DNA of 62,187 nt, from NCBI GenBank assembly GCA_015063545.1, contig SVTX01000006.1, positions 1 through 62,187 on the forward strand, written 5' to 3'. A program made the position numbers and the translations under genes. Source of the DNA: Oscillospiraceae bacterium (GTDB lineage Bacteria > Bacillota > Clostridia > Oscillospirales > CAG-272). Of this stretch, positions 8,612-19,600 are shown piece after piece (positions within the stretch are counted from its first letter, which is position 1; each line of letters opens with the position of its first letter). The notes beneath the pieces were generated by a model, which was given only the letters and a program-made list of their open reading frames with translations, did no database searches and was not told where the DNA came from.

Positions 8612-9817
8612 ATGCTTGACGGCATCATTGAAACAATAAAAAACTTCATACAAAATACGGGAATTGCAAAGCTTTTCAACGGAGATGTTGATTGGTGGAA
8701 ATATGCGATAATGTATATTATCTCATTTGTTCTTATCTATCTTGCTATTGCAAAGAAATTCGAGCCTCTGCTCTTGCTTCCCATAGCTATAGGTATGCTT
8801 CTCACCAACCTCCCCGGTGCAAACATGTTCCACCTTGATATGTGGGTGAATAAGGACATGACTGTACTTGAATCCATCAAGGCGGTAATAAGCCAGGGCG
8901 GATTTCTTGATCTGCTCTATGTCGGCGTAAAGCTTGGCATCTATCCTTGCATCATATTTATCGGCATCGGTGCTATGACAGACTTTACACCTCTTATCGC
9001 AAATCCCAAATACTTTCTTATCGGCGCGGGCGCACAGCTCGGCGTATTCGTAGCATTTAGCGCAGCGTTTATTTCGGGACTTTACACGCTCGGTGAGGCG
9101 GCATCAATCGGTATAATTGGCGGTGCTGACGGACCTACGGCGATCCTTGTAACGAAAACTCTTGGTCCCGCACTTCTCGGCGCTATAGCTATTGCGGCAT
9201 ATTCTTATATGGCGCTTATCCCCATGATACAGCCCCCGTTTATGAATCTTCTCACAACAAAGAAGGAAAGACAGATCAAGATGGGACAGCTTCGCAATGT
9301 CTCCAGAATTGAAAAGCTTGTATTCCCCGTACTTGTAACGGTAGTTGTAGGACTTATAGTTCCCGATGCTCTGGCTCTTATAGGTTGTCTTATGTTCGGT
9401 AATATACTCAACGTATGCGGCGTTACCGAGCGACTCTCCAAGACCGTGCAGAACGAGTTTATGAATATCGTAACTATCCTTTTGGGTATTTCGGTCGGAG
9501 CTACCGCAAGCGCGGAAAACTTCCTCTCCTTGCAGACGGTAGTTATTATCGCGTGCGGTCTGGTTGCATTCTGCATCTCGACTTGCGGAGGACTTATCAC
9601 CGCAAAGATAATGAACTGGATCTCGGGCGGAAAGATAAATCCCCTGATAGGCAGTGCGGGCGTATCCGCAGTTCCTATGGCGGCGAGAGTATCGCAGGTC
9701 GTAGGACAGAAGGAGGACCCTTCAAACTTCCTTCTTATGCACGCGATGGGACCCAACGTGGCAGGCGTTATAGGTTCAGCAGTCTGCGCAGGTGTATTTC
9801 TGTCGTGGCTTGGATAA
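8612..9817 (+). CDS. oadB: Na+-translocating decarboxylase beta subunit
   Basis: FEPLLLLPI, GAMTDF, IGGADGPT, GVSAVPMAARV, HAMGPNVAGVIGS. Confidence 0.92.
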   Translation: MLDGIIETIKNFIQNTGIAKLFNGDVDWWKYAIMYIISFVLIYLAIAKKFEPLLLLPIAIGMLLTNLPGANMFHLDMWVNKDMTVLESIKAVISQGGFLDLLYVGVKLGIYPCIIFIGIGAMTDFTPLIANPKYFLIGAGAQLGVFVAFSAAFISGLYTLGEAASIGIIGGADGPTAILVTKTLGPALLGAIAIAAYSYMALIPMIQPPFMNLLTTKKERQIKMGQLRNVSRIEKLVFPVLVTVVVGLIVPDALALIGCLMFGNILNVCGVTERLSKTVQNEFMNIVTILLGISVGATASAENFLSLQTVVIIACGLVAFCISTCGGLITAKIMNWISGGKINPLIGSAGVSAVPMAARVSQVVGQKEDPSNFLLMHAMGPNVAGVIGSAVCAGVFLSWLG

Positions 9818-9847
9818 TTAAATTTTGAGGATAGGAGATTTATATAA

Positions 9848-11245
9848 ATGGCACAGGTAAAAATCACAGAAACAGTATTGCGTGACTCGCATCAGTCGCT
9901 CGTTGCTACGAGAATGACCACCGAGCAGATGCTTCCTATACTTGAACAGATGGACAAGGTAGGCTACCACTCGCTTGAGGCTTGGGGCGGCGCTACGTTT
10001 GACGCTTGTATGAGATTTCTCAACGAAGATCCTTGGGAAAGACTCCGCAAGATCCGCGAGCATGTAAAGGACACAAAGCTTCAGATGCTTTTCCGCGGAC
10101 AGAATATTCTCGGCTACCGTCACTATTCCGACGACGTTGTGGAGTATTTTGTTCAGAAATCTATCGCAAACGGTATTGATATTATCCGTATTTTCGACGC
10201 GCTCAACGACCCCAGAAACCTCAAGACCGCAATAAATGCAACAAAGCGCGAGGGCGGTCACGTTCAGGCGGCGTTCAGCTATACGACAGGTCCCGTTTAC
10301 ACAATGGAATACTATTCCGAGTACGCAAAGAGACTTGAGGATATGGGAGCCGATTCTATCTGTATCAAGGATATGGCGGGACTTCTCAAGCCTTACGACG
10401 CTTATGAGCTTGTAAAGACCTTGAAGGAAAGCACAAGCCTTCCCATTCAGCTTCATACACACTATACCGCAGGTCTTGCTTCTATGACGCTTCTTAAGGC
10501 TATCGAGGCAGGTGTTGACATCGTTGACACGGCTATCTCGCCTATGGCTATGGGTACTTCCCAGCCTCCCACAGAGACACTTGTTGCGACTTTGCAGGGA
10601 ACAGAGTACGACACGGGCATCAGTCTCGAATCTCTTGACAAGGTTACAAAGCACTTTACACCCTTGCGTGAAAAGTATCTCGCTGAGGGACTTCTCAATC
10701 CCAAGGCGCTCAAAGTTGACGTAAACGCGCTTATCTATCAGGTTCCCGGCGGAATGCTTTCCAACCTTATGTCCCAGCTTAAGCAGGCGGGTAAAGAAGA
10801 TAAGCTCACAGAGGTTCTTGAAGAAGTACCGAGAGTAAGAGCTGACGTAGGATACCCTCCGCTCGTAACTCCTTCATCGCAGATCGTAGGTACACAGGCG
10901 GTATTCAACGTGCTTAACGGCGAAAGATACAAGATGGTAACAAAGGAGTTCAAGGGTATAGTTAAGGGTGAGTACGGAAAGACTCCCGTTGAGATAGATC
11001 CGGAATTTGTAAAGAAGATAATCGGTGACGAGGAGAGAATAGCTCATCGTCCCGCGGATGACCTCAAGCCCGAGCTTGACGAGCTTCGCGCAAAGATTCC
11101 CGCAGGCTATCTTGAGCAGGACGAGGATGTATTGTCTTACGCGCTCTTTGAGCAGGTCGCGCTCAAATTCTTTGAGTACAGAAAAAATCAGAAGTACGGC
11201 GTAGATGCATCTGCCGATGCAGAGCTTGGCGTACACAGCGTATAA
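9848..11245 (+). CDS. oadA: Oxaloacetate decarboxylase alpha (carboxyltransferase) subunit, without biotin domain
   Basis: LRDSHQSLVATR, EAWGGATFD, IKDMAG, HTH, PGGM, VTPSSQIVG. Confidence 0.9.
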   Translation: MAQVKITETVLRDSHQSLVATRMTTEQMLPILEQMDKVGYHSLEAWGGATFDACMRFLNEDPWERLRKIREHVKDTKLQMLFRGQNILGYRHYSDDVVEYFVQKSIANGIDIIRIFDALNDPRNLKTAINATKREGGHVQAAFSYTTGPVYTMEYYSEYAKRLEDMGADSICIKDMAGLLKPYDAYELVKTLKESTSLPIQLHTHYTAGLASMTLLKAIEAGVDIVDTAISPMAMGTSQPPTETLVATLQGTEYDTGISLESLDKVTKHFTPLREKYLAEGLLNPKALKVDVNALIYQVPGGMLSNLMSQLKQAGKEDKLTEVLEEVPRVRADVGYPPLVTPSSQIVGTQAVFNVLNGERYKMVTKEFKGIVKGEYGKTPVEIDPEFVKKIIGDEERIAHRPADDLKPELDELRAKIPAGYLEQDEDVLSYALFEQVALKFFEYRKNQKYGVDASADAELGVHSV

Positions 11246-11257
11246 CGTATATAACAC

Positions 11258-11294
11258 AAGAAAAATCACCGATTTTATGTTGGTGATTTTTCTT
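11258..11294 (+). terminator. Intrinsic terminator after oadA
   Basis: aagaaaaatcacc...ggtgatttttctt inverted repeat. Confidence 0.7.
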
Positions 11295-11410
11295 TATATG
11301 TGTATTTTCCAAACGTACTTTGTTTGGTTGAATTGTCTTTTAAGTGGCGGAAATTTGCTAATAAATTGTAAATTGTGTGAGATTATGTGTGTTTTTTTAC
11401 AAAAAAACAG

Positions 11411-11439
11411 TTGACAAATTGGTGCTTTTGTATTATAAT
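11411..11439 (+). promoter_or_regulatory. sigma-A promoter upstream of rsmE
   Basis: TTGACA-17-TATAAT. Confidence 0.7.
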
Positions 11440-11548
11440 GGGTTGTGTTCTTTGAAACTGCGACTGGATTTTGTTGTTGAAAATGCCGAAAGCGTATATA
11501 AATACAACAAATGTCTCGGTCATATTTGATTTTTGTATTGGAGAAATT

Positions 11549-12298
11549 ATGCCACGATTTTTTGTAAGACGTGACCAAATATTCGACGGCAAGATCGAGA
11601 TACTCGGAGATGACGCCCACCACATTTCACGTTCGCTTAGAATGGCGGTAGGCGATAGCATTACTGTGTCCGATATGCAAAGTGTGGAGTACGAGTGTGT
11701 GCTGTCGCATTTTTCCGAAGGTAAGGTTACGGCAGATATAATATCGCAAAGGCAGAACGATACTGAGCCTACTTTCTGCGCGCACCTATATCAGGCGCTC
11801 CCCAAGGGAGAAAAGCTTGATTACATAATTCAAAAGGCGGTTGAATGCGGAGTTAGCTCCATAACTACCTTTGAAAGCGACAGATGCATAGTAAAAGAGA
11901 AGGATCCCGATGGAAAAAAGCTTGCGCGTCGCCAGAGAATATCCTTTGAAGCGGCAAAGCAGTCGGGGCGGGGATGTATCCCACAGGTCAACCCTACGGT
12001 GTCGTACAAAAAAATGCTTGAGATGGCATCCGAGGCGGACATCATGCTGTTTTGCTATGAGGGCGAAGGTACAGTATCTCTCGGTAAGTATTTAAAAGAA
12101 AAGCTCCCATCTTACCTCGGTGCTGCGGATGTTTCGGTATCCGTAGTAATAGGAAGCGAGGGCGGTTTTTCACTTAAAGAAGTTCAGCAAGCTATAGAAT
12201 GTGGCATGCAGCCTATAGGTCTTGGCAAGCGCATACTTCGAACCGAAACGGCTTCGGGATTTGTTCTTGCAAATCTCGTTTACGAATTTGAACTCTAA
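11549..12298 (+). CDS. rsmE: 16S rRNA m3U1498 methyltransferase
   Basis: HHISRSLRM, QKAVECGV, EAAKQSGR, IGSEGG, LGKRILRTETA. Start at the ATG after GGAG. Confidence 0.93.
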   Translation: MPRFFVRRDQIFDGKIEILGDDAHHISRSLRMAVGDSITVSDMQSVEYECVLSHFSEGKVTADIISQRQNDTEPTFCAHLYQALPKGEKLDYIIQKAVECGVSSITTFESDRCIVKEKDPDGKKLARRQRISFEAAKQSGRGCIPQVNPTVSYKKMLEMASEADIMLFCYEGEGTVSLGKYLKEKLPSYLGAADVSVSVVIGSEGGFSLKEVQQAIECGMQPIGLGKRILRTETASGFVLANLVYEFEL

Positions 12299-12366
12299 TT
12301 ACTGATCAAAAAACAACAGAAAAACAAAGCAAAGAGGCTATTCAGTTAGCCGGGAAAGGATTTTTT

Positions 12367-13452
12367 ATGTCGAACAGATTGTTCCAGAATGTAATTCATC
12401 AGATGAAGACTGCGGTTGACCGCGTAATAGGTGTTATAGACGAAAACGGTGTTATCGTTGCTTGCTCCGAACTTGTTAAAATCGGAGAGGTAAAGCAAGG
12501 TGTGCGCGAGGAGATCATCTATTCCGCAGGACACGTTGTATCCGACGGTTATACATACCGCCCCATCACTGTGGGAACAAAGACAGAGTATATTGTTTTC
12601 ATGGAGGGTGAGGATAAGATGGCAGAGAAGATGTCAAAGCTCTTGGCTGTATCTCTCTCCAATATTAAAAATCTCTATGATGAAAAATATGACAAGGGTT
12701 CGTTTATCAAGAACATTATTCTTGACAACATCCTTCCCAGTGACATATACATAAAGTCAAAGGAGCTTCATTTCAACTCCGACGAGCAGAGAATAGTATT
12801 CCTCATTAAGTTTTTCGGTAAGACGGACGTTATGCCGTTTGAGATGCTCCAGAACATGTTCCCCGACAAGTCAAAGGACTATGTTATCAGCGTAGGAGAG
12901 CATGATATCGTTCTCGTTAAGGACATTAAGCCCGGAACGGATGCTAAGGATATTGAAAAGATAGCTACTAATATTTCCGATACACTTTCTTCTGAATTCT
13001 ACACGAGAGTAAATATCGGTGTGTCTACTGTAGTTGACAACCTCAAGGATCTTGCAAGAGCATACAAGGAAGCTCAGGTCGCTCTTGAGGTAGGCAAGGT
13101 ATTCGAAACGGAGAAAAACATCATAAGCTATGAAAACCTTGGTATAGGCAGACTTATATATCAGCTTCCCACAACTCTTTGTGATATGTTCCTTCAGGAA
13201 GTATTCAAGAAGGGTAGCCTTGAGTCTCTTGACCGCGAGACGCTCATGACCATTCAGTGCTTCTTTGAGAACAACCTCAACGTATCTGAGACATCCAGAA
13301 AGCTTTTCGTGCATAGAAATACACTTGTTTACAGACTTGAGAAGATACGCAAGATCACAGGACTTGATCTTCGTGAATTTGAGCACGCTATTACATTTAA
13401 GGTTGCTCTTATGGTTAAGAAGTATCTTTCCTCAAAGCCTGCAAAATATTGA
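12367..13452 (+). CDS. CdaR/PucR-family transcriptional regulator
   Basis: N-terminal sensor region, C-terminal HTH NLNVSETSRKLFVHRNTLVYRL. Confidence 0.88.
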   Translation: MSNRLFQNVIHQMKTAVDRVIGVIDENGVIVACSELVKIGEVKQGVREEIIYSAGHVVSDGYTYRPITVGTKTEYIVFMEGEDKMAEKMSKLLAVSLSNIKNLYDEKYDKGSFIKNIILDNILPSDIYIKSKELHFNSDEQRIVFLIKFFGKTDVMPFEMLQNMFPDKSKDYVISVGEHDIVLVKDIKPGTDAKDIEKIATNISDTLSSEFYTRVNIGVSTVVDNLKDLARAYKEAQVALEVGKVFETEKNIISYENLGIGRLIYQLPTTLCDMFLQEVFKKGSLESLDRETLMTIQCFFENNLNVSETSRKLFVHRNTLVYRLEKIRKITGLDLREFEHAITFKVALMVKKYLSSKPAKY

Positions 13453-13582
13453 TCTGTCGATAATAAAATCTAATATATTGGGTTATCATAACCCTGACTG
13501 TCAAGCGAAATGTCCCCTATGTTGCGGATGTTTCGCTTGATATCATGTTAATAAGATTTTATTTGACGAAAGGATCAAAATA

Positions 13583-15151
13583 ATGGAAAAATATACTTAT
13601 ACGGTATCAAGCATAAAAACTGTAGATGACGAGGCGAATGTCGTATATATTGTCAAAATGTGTCTTGATGCACAGGATGTTTCGGCATCGTGTGTGACGT
13701 CAACTCTTTCTTTTTCTGTCAGAGGCAGAGCATATACCAAAGGTGAGATAGAGGAAAAGCTTTCATCTGCTCTTGCTGAAAGTGGATATAAACTGATCTT
13801 GCCCGAAGGGACAGAAACATTTATTCCCGCAGAGAGCGCACCCAAGGCCAAAAAGACCATGGCGGTTTCCACGGCTATTCTGTTGGCGGCCGCAATAGGA
13901 CTGTTTTGTATCATGACCACGTTTGGTGTGTGTATTCGATACATTGAGAAAAAGCAGGCTGAAGAGACTCCGGAATATATGTCGGATCTTATGGAGCTTG
14001 ATGAGTTTTTCCGTACGTATTCGTACAGCGGTATTGATAATGAGAATTTTGGAGAACACTTGCTGGATGCGTATATAAAATATAGCGGAGACACGTATGC
14101 CGAGTATTATTCCCCGGAAGAATTAAAACAGTTGGAAAACAACATGTCAGGTAAATACGTGGGAATAGGCGTTACGGTGAAACAATCTACAGTCAAACCG
14201 GAAGGCGAAAGCAATGAACTGATAGCCATTGAAGTAGTTGACGTTGATGAAAATTCGCCAGCAGCAGAAGCGGGCATAAAAATCGGAGATATGATTATTT
14301 ATGTCGGTCACGGCGAGAATGCCCAGAGCGTGGGTAGTATCGGATATGATAAAGCTATGGAATTAATTGCGGGCAAGGCGGGAACGTACGCAGAATTTTC
14401 GCTGTTGCGCAAAAATGCTGATGGGGCATATGAAAAGCATGATTTCAAGGTTATACGTCGTGAACTTACGCGAATTACTGCCAATGGAGAGGTTTGTCAA
14501 ACAAATTCCGATGTGGGTATTATTAAGATAAGCAGATTTGATTACTCTACCCCCACACAGTTTAAGGATTCTGTTGCCAAGCTTAAAGAGCAGGGCTGCA
14601 ATCAATTTATTATAGATTTGCGCGACAACCCCGGAGGATACGTTGAGTCCGTTGTGGCAACGCTTTCATATTTTCTTTCCGAAGGAAATCTTATTATGAC
14701 CGCCGAGGATAGGGACGGAAAGGTTACGGAGCAGTACAAGGCGACTACACGCAAAAACGAGCATTTTGAAATCACAAAAGACGATATAGGACGCTTCAAG
14801 AATTTGGAGATTTCAGTTCTTGTCAATAACAATACCGCAAGCGCGGCAGAGCTTTTTGCAGCTACTGTCAGAGACTACAGTCTTGGAAAAATAGTTGGTG
14901 TAAAGACCTACGGCAAGGGAAGCATGCAAAAAACGTACATGCTTGACGATTACGGCCTGCCGGGAGCGCTTAAGCTTACCACACATCTTTATTTTTCAAA
15001 GAGCCATAAGAGTTATCACGGAGTAGGCATAGAACCCGACGTGGTTGTTGAGCTTACTAAAAACGCAACAGATTATCCCCAGCACAGGATTCCTCACAGC
15101 GAAGATGAACAGCTTCAAAGTGCGATAAACACATTAAAAAATAATGCCTGA
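13583..15151 (+). CDS. S41-family C-terminal processing peptidase (PDZ) with an extra N-terminal domain
   Basis: YVGIGV, SPAAEAGI, IDLRDNPGG, TASAAE (Ser), TYGKG (Lys), GIEPD. Confidence 0.9.
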   Translation: MEKYTYTVSSIKTVDDEANVVYIVKMCLDAQDVSASCVTSTLSFSVRGRAYTKGEIEEKLSSALAESGYKLILPEGTETFIPAESAPKAKKTMAVSTAILLAAAIGLFCIMTTFGVCIRYIEKKQAEETPEYMSDLMELDEFFRTYSYSGIDNENFGEHLLDAYIKYSGDTYAEYYSPEELKQLENNMSGKYVGIGVTVKQSTVKPEGESNELIAIEVVDVDENSPAAEAGIKIGDMIIYVGHGENAQSVGSIGYDKAMELIAGKAGTYAEFSLLRKNADGAYEKHDFKVIRRELTRITANGEVCQTNSDVGIIKISRFDYSTPTQFKDSVAKLKEQGCNQFIIDLRDNPGGYVESVVATLSYFLSEGNLIMTAEDRDGKVTEQYKATTRKNEHFEITKDDIGRFKNLEISVLVNNNTASAAELFAATVRDYSLGKIVGVKTYGKGSMQKTYMLDDYGLPGALKLTTHLYFSKSHKSYHGVGIEPDVVVELTKNATDYPQHRIPHSEDEQLQSAINTLKNNA

Positions 15152-15190
15152 CGGCAAAAAATAAAACATATTTATAAGGAGCATTTTATC

Positions 15191-15679
15191 ATGGAAAACA
15201 AGCAGTTATATACGCCCGAGGGCTACAAGGAGCTTACAGACGAGTTGGATTTCCGTAAGTCCGTAAAAAGAGAGGAGATCAAGGAGCAGATCGCTGTAGC
15301 GCGCTCTTTCGGAGACTTGTCCGAGAACTCCGAATACGATGAGGCAAGAAATCAGCAGGCAGAGAACGAGGCAAGAATCAAGGAGCTTGAGACTCTTATT
15401 GAGAATGCGGCTATTGTTGATGAGTCCAAGATAGACACAAAAGCAGTTTCTCTCGGTTCAACAGTAATAGTTTTGGATGTTGAATTTGATGAGGAGATCA
15501 AGTACAGCATAGTTGGTTCTAACGAGGCCAACCCCCTTGAAGGAAAGATATCCGACCGTTCTCCTATAGGCAGCGCATTGATGGGCGCGAAGTCCGGAGA
15601 GACAGTTTCGGTTGAAACTCCTGCAGGTACGGTTCAGTTCAAGATTTTGGACGTGTACAGATCTAAGGGTGACAACTGA
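15191..15679 (+). CDS. greA: Transcription elongation factor GreA
   Basis: ARSFGDLSENSEYDEA, ISDRSPIGSAL. Confidence 0.96.
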   Translation: MENKQLYTPEGYKELTDELDFRKSVKREEIKEQIAVARSFGDLSENSEYDEARNQQAENEARIKELETLIENAAIVDESKIDTKAVSLGSTVIVLDVEFDEEIKYSIVGSNEANPLEGKISDRSPIGSALMGAKSGETVSVETPAGTVQFKILDVYRSKGDN

Positions 15680-15708
15680 TTCTCAAAGATTATATTTAAT
15701 TAACCGTT

Positions 15709-16467
15709 ATGAACGAAGAAAGACGATCTCAACAAACCGCAGAAAAGCTTGACGTGGAGGACATCAAACTCACCCGGAAAAGCAAGCTTTGGAGTAAGTT
15801 GGATAATTTTTGGTTTCATTATAAATGGCCGGTGATAATTGGCGCCTTCTTTGCTATAATTTTGATAATAGGACTTGTTCAGATCATCGGTAAGGATGAC
15901 AAGGACAACGTAGTAGTTTTCGCAGGACCTGCACAGATAACGCCGAACCAGTGCGCGCAGATAGAGCAGGAGCTGTCAAAGATATTACCGGATGATTTGA
16001 GTGACGATGATAAGAAAAGTGTGGCATTTAAAAGCTATGCTATCTATTCCGAGGAAGAATTCAAATTGGCTAATGAAGCTGAAACTCTGGCAAACGGGCA
16101 GTACGATACGGTGGTTACCACGTCACAGAACTCTGCAAATTATAAAGATTACGACGACTATTTGCAAACCCGTGAATGCTCCATATATTTTGTCAGCCCG
16201 GACAGATATGACAATTTCAAAACCTATAATCAAGTGTGTCATATGAGTGAGATATTTGGAGAAAATATTCCCGATGGTATGATGGAAGACGGCTACGGAT
16301 TTATGCTTGGACAGTTACCGCTGTATCAAATAGATGCTTTTCAGGTTATGCCTGCGAATACGATAGTATGTTTGTTAAAACAGCCGGTTGTAGGCTCATC
16401 GTCAGATGATGAAACATATGAAAGCATGGAGAAATTTTTCAAAGCTATAATCAATTTTGGAAGATAA
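15709..16467 (+). CDS. Membrane-anchored hypothetical protein
   Basis: 252-aa ORF; DNFWFHYKW motif followed by a single TM helix. Confidence 0.7.
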   Translation: MNEERRSQQTAEKLDVEDIKLTRKSKLWSKLDNFWFHYKWPVIIGAFFAIILIIGLVQIIGKDDKDNVVVFAGPAQITPNQCAQIEQELSKILPDDLSDDDKKSVAFKSYAIYSEEEFKLANEAETLANGQYDTVVTTSQNSANYKDYDDYLQTRECSIYFVSPDRYDNFKTYNQVCHMSEIFGENIPDGMMEDGYGFMLGQLPLYQIDAFQVMPANTIVCLLKQPVVGSSSDDETYESMEKFFKAIINFGR

Positions 16468-16487
16468 AGCACGATACTTATTTATTG

Positions 16488-16525
16488 AAAAGTCGAAGGA
16501 ATCTTTTATTCCTTCGACTTTTTTT
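16488..16525 (+). terminator. Intrinsic terminator
   Basis: aaaagtcgaaggaat...attccttcgactttt followed by a T-run. Confidence 0.8.
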
Positions 16526-16674
16526 GCAAAAAACACTCAATCTTCACAAAAAGGACGGAAAAGGCACAAACGAGTTAATAAATTGTTAATGTTTGAATGA
16601 TATAATATAAGTTAGTAGAATTTAGTTTTATATAACATATATAGCGGCTTTTAAGATTATGAAGGGGAAATAAA

Positions 16675-19600
16675 ATGTCAAATATCGGAAACATGAAAAT
16701 AGATACAAATGGACAAACGGTAATAGGTATAGATATAGGCTCTACAACTGCAAAAATAGTAGTGGTTAAAAATAATGAGCTTGTATATGATTGCTATGAA
16801 AGACATTTTTCACAGGTACGCCCTAAAACACTTGAACTTATTCAAAGGATAAAAGATATCGTCGGAGAAGATGACGTCAAGGTGGCGATATCAGGCTCTG
16901 CCGGACTCGGTATGGCAAGATGCGCCGACATTCCTTTTGTGCAGGAAGTTTTTGCAACGGGCGAGACGGTGAAGAAGTTTCAACCCGACACAAGTGTGGT
17001 GATAGAGCTTGGAGGAGAGGATGCGAAGGTTATTTTCTTCAAGGGCGGAATGGATGAGAGAATGAACGGCACTTGTGCGGGAGGCACAGGCGCGTTTATC
17101 GACCAGATGGCGACGCTTTTGGATATGTCTGTAAATGAGATGGATGAAATCAGCCTCAATGCCACGAAGCTTTATCCTATAGCATCACGTTGCGGTGTTT
17201 TTGCAAAGACAGATATCCAGCCCTTGCTCAATCAAGGCGCAGCAAAATCCAATATTGCAGCATCGATATATGTAGCAGTTGCAAATCAGACCATCTCCGG
17301 ACTTGCACAGGGAAGAAAAATAGAGGGCAAGGTCATGTTTTTAGGCGGTCCTTTGTACTATTGTCAAGGACTTAGAAAAGCGTTCAAAGATGCATTGAAG
17401 CTTGATGATGAGCATGCAATTTTCCCCGAATACGGAAGACTCTCCGTAGCAATAGGCGCAGCGCTCTATGCTTCAAAGCAGGCAATATCGTTTAAAATTG
17501 AGCAGATAGAGGGTAAAATCGAGAAGAGTACGCAAGAAAAGATACAGACGGCTCACGGAGAACCGCTTTTTGAAAATGAAAGTGAATACGAGCAATTTGT
17601 TCTCAGACACGCCAAAGCGAAGGTTGAAAGCGTTTATCCTAAGGATTATAAGGATACATATGCATATCTCGGAATAGATTGCGGTTCTACGACTACAAAA
17701 CTTGTTTTGATGGGTGAGAACGGTGAGATACTGTATTCTTTCTACGATTCAAATCGCGGAAATCCCGTGCAGATAGTAAAAGAACAGCTCATGGAGCTTT
17801 ACAGGGTTTGTGGTGATAATATAATTATCAGATCTTCCGCGGTAACGGGTTACGGCGAGGAGTTGATACAGCATGCTTTTCATATAGACCATGGACTGGT
17901 AGAAACTATGGCTCACTTTACTGCGGCGCATCACTTTAATCCTCGTGTGGATTTTATTCTTGATATTGGCGGTCAGGATATAAAATGCTTTAAGGTCAAG
18001 AATAATGCCATAGACAGTATTATGCTTAATGAAGCTTGCTCTTCGGGTTGTGGTTCGTTTATTGAGACGTTTGCAAAGTCAATGGGCTACGGAATAGAGG
18101 AGTTCTCAAAGCTCGGTCTTTTCGCAAAAGCCCCCGTTGATCTTGGATCAAGATGTACGGTATTTATGAACTCCTCCGTAAAGCAGGCACAAAAGGACGG
18201 CGCAAGTGTAGGGGATATTTCAGCAGGTCTTTCTACCAGTGTAGTTAAAAATGCAATATATAAGGTTATTCGAGCAACGTCTGTTGACGATCTTGGAAAA
18301 GAGATAGTTGTCCAGGGCGGAACGTTTTACAATGATGCTGTATTGCGCGCGTTTGAAAATGAGCTTGGAAGAAACGTAATAAGACCTTCTATAGCAGGAC
18401 TTATGGGCGCATACGGAGCTGCGCTTTACGCCAAGAGTATGAGAAAAGATAGTTCTACGATACTTACCTTGGATCAACTTTCCGAGTTCACGCACACATC
18501 CAAAGCAGCCACCTGTCGCGGTTGCGGAAATAACTGCCAGCTCACTATCAATATTTTCGGCGGCAACGAAAGATATATATCCGGAAACAAGTGCGAGCGA
18601 GGCGGAAAGCTTAATGAGGACGCATCCGAGATCGAGGTAATTCCGAATCTGCATAGATATAAAAGAGAACGCTTCGAGGAGTTTTTCAAAAATTCCAATG
18701 AGGGAACAAGAGGCACGGTAGGTATTCCCATGGCTTTGGGAATGTATGAGCTTGCGCCCTTGTGGTACACATTGTTTTCTGAGCTTGGCTATAAGGTAGT
18801 ATTTTCAGGCTTTTCCAGCAGACAGATATATACCAAGGGGCAGTATTCAATTCCGTCTGATACGGCTTGTTACCCTGCAAAAATAATGCACGGGCACATT
18901 GAAACTCTTATTGAAAAAAAGGTGGACATGATATTCTATCCATGTCTTACATATAATATTAACGAGAATATCAGTGACAATCACTATAACTGTCCTGTAG
19001 TGGCATATTATTCCGAATTGCTTTCCGGTAACATGGAGTCGCTGAGAGGAATCGATTTTGTGTATCCGTATCTTAATGTTAACGATCAAAAGGAGCTTAC
19101 CAAAGAGCTTTATCAGATATTCAGAAACAGAGATGGCGGATTTACGAAGGCGCAGATCAAAAATGCAGTAGAGGCGGCATTTTGTGCTTACGATAAATGG
19201 ATGAGCGACATAAAGGCTGAGGGAGAGCGAGCTATTAAATGGGCAAGGGAAAACGGCAGGAGAATAATGATACTTGCGGGCAGACCTTATCACGTAGATC
19301 CCGAAATAGGACATGGCATAGACAAGCTTGCTGTAAAGCTTGGATTTGTGGTTGTCAGTGAAGATAGCGTTTATCATCTGGCACAGGCCCCCGAACTTGC
19401 AGTTTTGAATCAGTGGACATATCATGCCAGACTGTACGCGGCGGCAAATTATGCGGCACACAATGATGACGTGGAGCTTGTACAGCTTGTATCGTTCGGC
19501 TGTGGAATAGATGCTATTACCACGGATGAGGTAAGAGCGATTCTTGAGAAAAGTTCAAAGCTATATACACAGATAAAAATAGATGAGATAACTAATCTTG

